From: a virus
Length of the DNA stretch: 64,000 nucleotides
Virus record (IMG/VR): IMGVR_UViG_3300035698_014029
Span: 9,517 to 73,516 of that record
Direction: 5' to 3' (one strand)
Position 1 is the stretch's first letter. Each line of letters starts with the position of its first letter. Below the pieces are notes generated by a model. The model ran no database searches. It saw nothing but the letters and a program-made list of their open reading frames with translations, and was not told where the DNA came from. Shown in pieces: positions 59,795-64,000 of the stretch. A program made the position numbers and the translations under genes.

Positions 59795-59892
59795 AACGTT
59801 TGAGATAAACGACGTTGAACAAAATAGAAAGAACAAAAGTAATTATTAACCAACAATGTAATTAAGTAGCCAATGGCGTTTGATGCATTGTT
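59795..59892. repeat. attC-like hairpin C
   Basis: AAC gtttg agataaacgacgttg / caatggcgtttgatgc att GTT. Confidence 0.6.
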
Positions 59893-59910
59893 ATAAAACG
59901 TTTTTGAGCG

Positions 59911-60243
59911 ATGGGAATGCCAACATGTAATTTTAGTAGCAGTAGTTTTGCACAGCCTATAATTGAACAGGTAAATTTACCAAACCCTAAACCAGATAAT
60001 TATAACATTGTGCGTAGTTTGGTTGTAAACGAACGCTTAATTATAGAAATAAAGTACCATGATTGCACTAACTATGAAGGGTGTAAAATAATGGTTTATG
60101 AATGCACTTTAGACGATTTAAAAAAACAAAAGCTTATAGACCCACACTTTTGCAATAACAGAAATTATTTTTCACCCATTGCAAGATTTGAGCCAACCAA
60201 ACAGGGGTGGATTAATGCGTGTGCGTTGGCAAATGTTTTATAA
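59911..60243 (+). CDS. Cassette ORF, conserved hypothetical
   Basis: PNP.P...Y.DCTNYEG.KI...DPHF...SPIARFEPT..GW; flanked by gttataaaacgttt / aaatgttttataat. Confidence 0.7.
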   Translation: MGMPTCNFSSSSFAQPIIEQVNLPNPKPDNYNIVRSLVVNERLIIEIKYHDCTNYEGCKIMVYECTLDDLKKQKLIDPHFCNNRNYFSPIARFEPTKQGWINACALANVL

Positions 60244-60319
60244 TATCTCAAGAATAATAGAAGGTTTTAAGATACCTTCTGGAAATGAACTTAATTATTA
60301 ACTTAAAATAAATATTATT

Positions 60320-60577
60320 ATGGCAGAAACAAAAGAGATTACACGTTTATATGTTGTTACAGATAGCGAAACATCTTATGATAACATTGGAGATATTGAT
60401 GGTGGTATGTTTGATGAGAACTGGTTAAAACAACATATAATTTCTCACGGTACAGAGGGATTACTTGAACGATTAGGTAGTATGATTAGACAAGTGCTTA
60501 ACATAAAATACGATTATAATCGTGAGAAAAGTGAGCAAGATAATATTGCAATGTCTAAAAGTTGTGATGATAAATAA
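60320..60577 (+). CDS. Hypothetical protein in nested IR module
   Basis: Inside IRs 60262-76 / 60595-609 and 60239-56 / 60689-706. Confidence 0.6.
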   Translation: MAETKEITRLYVVTDSETSYDNIGDIDGGMFDENWLKQHIISHGTEGLLERLGSMIRQVLNIKYDYNREKSEQDNIAMSKSCDDK

Positions 60578-60943
60578 TATTTATCCTAACTATTGGTATC
60601 TTAAAACTTGCCTTTCATTCGTAGTTATAATTTGTCATATAGGAAGAAAAAGCTAACAGGTACGACAAGTTTTAAGGCGTGGAAGGACTATTCTTGAGAT
60701 ATTATAATTAATAATATTAGGTTTTGTGCGGTGGATGAGGAAGGGGGCGTAGCCCATATAGGGAGGTGGGTATTATTTAGTCTAATGTACATGAATAAGC
60801 GCCGTGCAGACTGAATTAAATTAAAGTGATGAACAATAGTTATTTTTTTAGGGTTTGGAAAGTTTTTTTAAAATAAATAGTAAAACGCTTGCATTTGTAA
60901 TACAAATGATATACATTTACAGAGAACTTAAAAATGTAAAACT

Positions 60944-61342
60944 ATGAGTAATATTAGATTTAAAGGCAAGAGCAAAAAGAGAATGGGTTTATACGCTCAG
61001 TATAGTAAAATTGATGGAGAACTTGTACAAACAAAAGAGATGAGTAATCATCAAGCCTATAATAGTAATAAAGATTGTCTGGATAAGTTTTGGGATTTAA
61101 TAACTGAAAAAGATAATTATCAAGATTATGATGTATCTTTAATTAGGTTAAAATCTACTAATTGGAGCAATGATGATATTATAGAATTTGCTAAGAAGTA
61201 CTATCCTGAAATGTATGAATGTGAAATTTGTGATGAGTATTTTAGTCGCGATGAAATGTATCAAATAGAAGATGAAGATGAAGGTGTTTTTATGTCTGTT
61301 TGTAAGAAATGTAATTCATGTAATGATTTTAATAAAGAATAG
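60944..61342 (+). CDS. Zinc-finger hypothetical protein in nested cassette
   Basis: CEIC...CKKC..C. Confidence 0.65.
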   Translation: MSNIRFKGKSKKRMGLYAQYSKIDGELVQTKEMSNHQAYNSNKDCLDKFWDLITEKDNYQDYDVSLIRLKSTNWSNDDIIEFAKKYYPEMYECEICDEYFSRDEMYQIEDEDEGVFMSVCKKCNSCNDFNKE

Positions 61343-61504
61343 ATGAGTAAAACAGCAATCTTAACCTTAAGGGTTAATCCAAAATTAAAAAAACAATTAG
61401 CAAATTTAGCGAGCGATGATAAACGTTCGCTAAATTCTTATGTAGAAATTGTTCTCGAAATCCATATTGCTTTGGAAAAGCAAAAGAGCGGTGGCAAAAA
61501 ATAA
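61343..61504 (+). CDS. Ribbon-helix-helix (Arc/HicB-like) DNA-binding protein (53 aa, not in ORF track)
   Basis: LTLRVNPKLKKQLANLASDDKRSLNSYVEIVL. Confidence 0.75.
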   Translation: MSKTAILTLRVNPKLKKQLANLASDDKRSLNSYVEIVLEIHIALEKQKSGGKK

Positions 61505-61682
61505 CTATTTAACTAACGTACAAATGCCTAATAAAAGTGATGAGGCATGGCGTTTATTTGTAGTTACTAACCGTTTTAGGAAAGGGCGGTATGGTATAAG
61601 AAACTTGTTTTTGTACCGTTGTAACCGCCCTTGTGTGATGAGGCGATTCTTTCTTGTGTGCAAAAATGGTTTGTAATGGCAA

Positions 61683-61985
61683 ATGAAATATGAGACGGAA
61701 AAATTAAAATATATTATTATGGAAAGAGATTATGATTTAACAGAAAAACAAATTATTGCTATTAAAAATGTAGAAAAAGCAATGAAAAAAGCTTTTAAGT
61801 GTGGTGTTGGATTTTGGGATAATTATTGTACTATGTCAGCTTACAATACAACCAAAATTTGTCAGCCTACCCCTGATAGTAGTTTTGAAGAAAAATTAGA
61901 CACATCAGCTATTTACAACCTTAAAGTTCCTAATTTTGGTGGAGGTAACGCAGATGATACACTCTATATTAATAGGTGCGAATAA
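61683..61985 (+). CDS. Hypothetical protein (array)
   Basis: ORF. Confidence 0.55.
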   Translation: MKYETEKLKYIIMERDYDLTEKQIIAIKNVEKAMKKAFKCGVGFWDNYCTMSAYNTTKICQPTPDSSFEEKLDTSAIYNLKVPNFGGGNADDTLYINRCE

Positions 61986-62172
61986 TATATCTTGATTTTT
62001 ATGGCTTATGATAACTAGTTAATGGTAGTTGTTAGTGGTTTGAAAAGAACTTTTCAGATACAGTCATAAGCCATGTGCGGAGGGCATATAACCTGCGATG
62101 TTAAAGGTAATTGTTGTTTTGCCTTTTCGTGGGTAGGCAAAAAGGAAGGTTTAAATTTTTAACTTAAATAAC

Positions 62173-62334
62173 ATGAGAAAATATTTAGAAAGTAAAATAG
62201 ATAATTTACAGATTAAACTAAGGCGAATAAATTCTGCAATAAAGTTTGATATAAGAACAGAATATAACAAAGGCAGAAAACATGAAATAGAGACTTATAT
62301 AAGCCTGTTACAAATAGAATTAAAAAATTTATAG
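62173..62334 (+). CDS. Cassette ORF (53 aa, not in ORF track)
   Basis: Inside perfect 16-bp IR 62100-62115 / 62355-62370. Confidence 0.55.
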   Translation: MRKYLESKIDNLQIKLRRINSAIKFDIRTEYNKGRKHEIETYISLLQIELKNL

Positions 62335-62459
62335 TGTTGAGGGTCTTTGCGTGAAACAATTACCTTTAACCCTTTTTGGCATATGGTAAGGATTTTTAAG
62401 GGATAGCAGCTGTAATTCGCTGTAACCGATCATAAATAATTTAGTTTAATATTCTTATA

Positions 62460-62687
62460 ATGAGCGACAAAAGAAAAGCAGATATGTCTATCTTGCTAAA
62501 GAAACAAGGCAAAACACAAAAAATAGAACTATTTTCGTGGCACAAATTTGGCGAATACGAATATAGACATACTGCGCCTAGGTACAGAATAAGAGTAAAT
62601 GGCAAATGGTTTCACGATGGAAAAATAAAATATTATACTAAATGGCAAGTAAGAGATTTAATATGGAGAAGCTACGAATTCCCTTAA
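62460..62687 (+). CDS. Hypothetical protein in nested IR module
   Basis: Inside IRs 62385-403 / 62680-97 and 62370-83 / 62767-80. Confidence 0.6.
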   Translation: MSDKRKADMSILLKKQGKTQKIELFSWHKFGEYEYRHTAPRYRIRVNGKWFHDGKIKYYTKWQVRDLIWRSYEFP

Positions 62688-62987
62688 AAATATTACCTAT
62701 GATGCATAGATATGATTAGCTATTTCTGGTAGTGATAACGCTAATTAGGATTACCGTGGAGGGTCTTATGCCAAAAAGGGATATGTTCAACGATTATAGC
62801 CTTTTTGCGGGTGGAAAGGAGGGGAGCGTAGCTCAATATAGGACGGTGTGCGAAATCGTTGAACATATTATTTGGGGAATATGGGACGGAATGAGAGGGT
62901 GTAAAATCATTCTGTACTATGAAATGAGTACTAATAATTTAATATTTTTTAGGGTTGGATTTTTTTTATTAATTTAAATTATATATT

Positions 62988-63377
62988 ATGAAACAAGAAT
63001 TTGAAATGTTACAAGAAGAAATGGACGAAATAATCCGTATTAATAAATCAACGTCTAATACTGTAATGATGGTTGGGGGTGTTGATTTTAGTAATAACTT
63101 AACGGAAGCGATTAATGCTTATTGGAAAATATTAGGAGATAAGTATGGATTTGAATGGAATACAGTTGAAGGTAGTAGTAAAGGAAAATTATTTTTCTTA
63201 GCAACGCAAAAACCTATTGTAATACCAAAAACCAAAGAAGAAATTGAAATTGGGAAATATGACACATTGCACAAAATAATTGTGCAATTAGAGTCATGCA
63301 ATTACGAATGTGAAGGAGGTTGTCTTAAAAATAATATTGCTTTTTTAGCATTAAAAGAAATGGATACATCTTTATAA
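62988..63377 (+). CDS. Hypothetical protein in nested IR module
   Basis: Inside IRs 62934-49 / 63405-20 and 62889-902 / 63450-63. Confidence 0.65.
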   Translation: MKQEFEMLQEEMDEIIRINKSTSNTVMMVGGVDFSNNLTEAINAYWKILGDKYGFEWNTVEGSSKGKLFFLATQKPIVIPKTKEEIEIGKYDTLHKIIVQLESCNYECEGGCLKNNIAFLALKEMDTSL

Positions 63378-63503
63378 TTTTGTAAAAATTAAGAAAGCGT
63401 AGGCAAAAATATTTAATTATACAAACTGATAAACAAATACTATGAAAAAACACCCTCGCATTCTTAGCGCTAGGATGGTTTTTAGCGTGAAACAATTACC
63501 TTT

Positions 63504-63626
63504 AACGTTGAGTATATGCGTTCGGGTGCGATTAGAAGCACGGACGATTGATTAACCAATAAAGATAAATAGAATGACAAAAGATAAAATTACCACCGAA
63601 ACCGCAACTGACGTATATACATTGTT
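63504..63626. repeat. attC-like hairpin G
   Basis: AAC gttga gtatatgcgttcgggtgcg / cgcaactgacgtatatac att GTT. Confidence 0.7.
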
Positions 63627-64000
63627 AGGTGCTGGGCGACCTAAACTACTGGATTTGTTTTGCTGTGCTGGCGGTGCAAGTATGGGTTTTAGTCTTGCTG
63701 GGTTTGATGTAGTTGGCGTGGACATAGAGCCACAACCAGAATACCCTTTTGAATTTGTACAGGCTGATGCTATACAATACTGTAAGGAGCACGGACACAA
63801 ATTTGATGTAATAGCTGCAAGCCCTCCTTGCCAACACTTTACAAAGTACAATAATTGCCGAAAGGACTTAAAGGAACGCTACGAAGATTTAATAGAACCA
63901 ACGAGGGCGGTGTTAATTGCAAGTGGAAAGCCTTATGTAATGGAGAATGTTGTTGGAGCTCCGCTTTTGAAACCGATAACTTTATGTGGCTCTATGTTTG
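63574..64000 (+). CDS. C5-cytosine DNA methyltransferase (runs off window end, not in ORF track)
   Basis: LLDLFCCAGGASMG, GVDI, ASPPCQ, MENVVGAP, LCGSMF; ATG inside hairpin G loop. Confidence 0.85.
   Translation, partial: MTKDKITTETATDVYTLLGAGRPKLLDLFCCAGGASMGFSLAGFDVVGVDIEPQPEYPFEFVQADAIQYCKEHGHKFDVIAASPPCQHFTKYNNCRKDLKERYEDLIEPTRAVLIASGKPYVMENVVGAPLLKPITLCGSMF

Larger units (their letters stand above)
59042..64000 (+). mobile_element. Integron-like cassette array with attC-like hairpins
   Basis: Repeated AAC-N5/6-arm..arm-N3-GTT sites; cassettes with complementary GTT.../...AAC ends; less AT-rich than the backbone. Confidence 0.7.

Noticed and set aside
62821-62868. tRNA gene (also 60743-60770)
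   Set aside because: Only a 5'-end resemblance; there is no anticodon arm, T-loop or acceptor pairing.
61449-62977. ORFs 61449-61676 and 62732-62977
   Set aside because: They have non-ATG starts, run through hairpin or ORF-less cassette DNA, and the first overlaps the RHH gene; probably spurious.
59042-63626. CRISPR array
   Set aside because: The repeats are divergent inverted pairs separated by gene-sized, irregular intervals.
4784-63851. Minus-strand ORFs in the track (e.g. 20753, 36915, 51315, 63552, 63646)
   Set aside because: They are antisense shadows of well-supported plus-strand genes and have no motifs.

Overview
This is a very AT-rich segment of a large contractile-tailed (myovirus) bacteriophage genome, with all credible genes on the + strand. 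Six TTTG-N19-21-TAnnTTTG promoters point to a Bacteroidota host. 1-29 kb holds an SPO1/Twort (Herelleviridae)-like head, neck, tail and baseplate module. It includes a Nudix protein, a GIY-YIG homing endonuclease and an accessory island inside the baseplate genes. 29-55 kb holds replication, recombination and packaging genes: DEDDh exonuclease, large terminase, C5 methyltransferase, DnaB, primase, DnaE, SSB, SbcD, intein-containing RecA, SbcC, RuvC-like resolvase and an amidase. 55-59 kb is small accessory genes. The most striking feature is 59-64 kb, an array of short cassettes bounded by self-complementary GTT...AAC ends and separated by attC-like hairpins (AAC-N5/6-arm...arm-N3-GTT). The array has nested modules and ORF-less cassettes, and no integrase is visible in the window. 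Also notable are an intact HNH endonuclease gene overprinted in the +1 frame inside the open methyltransferase gene, Fur-box-like palindromes before promoters, and genes inserted with duplication of stop/start junctions. All calls are from motif recognition by eye; no searches were run.
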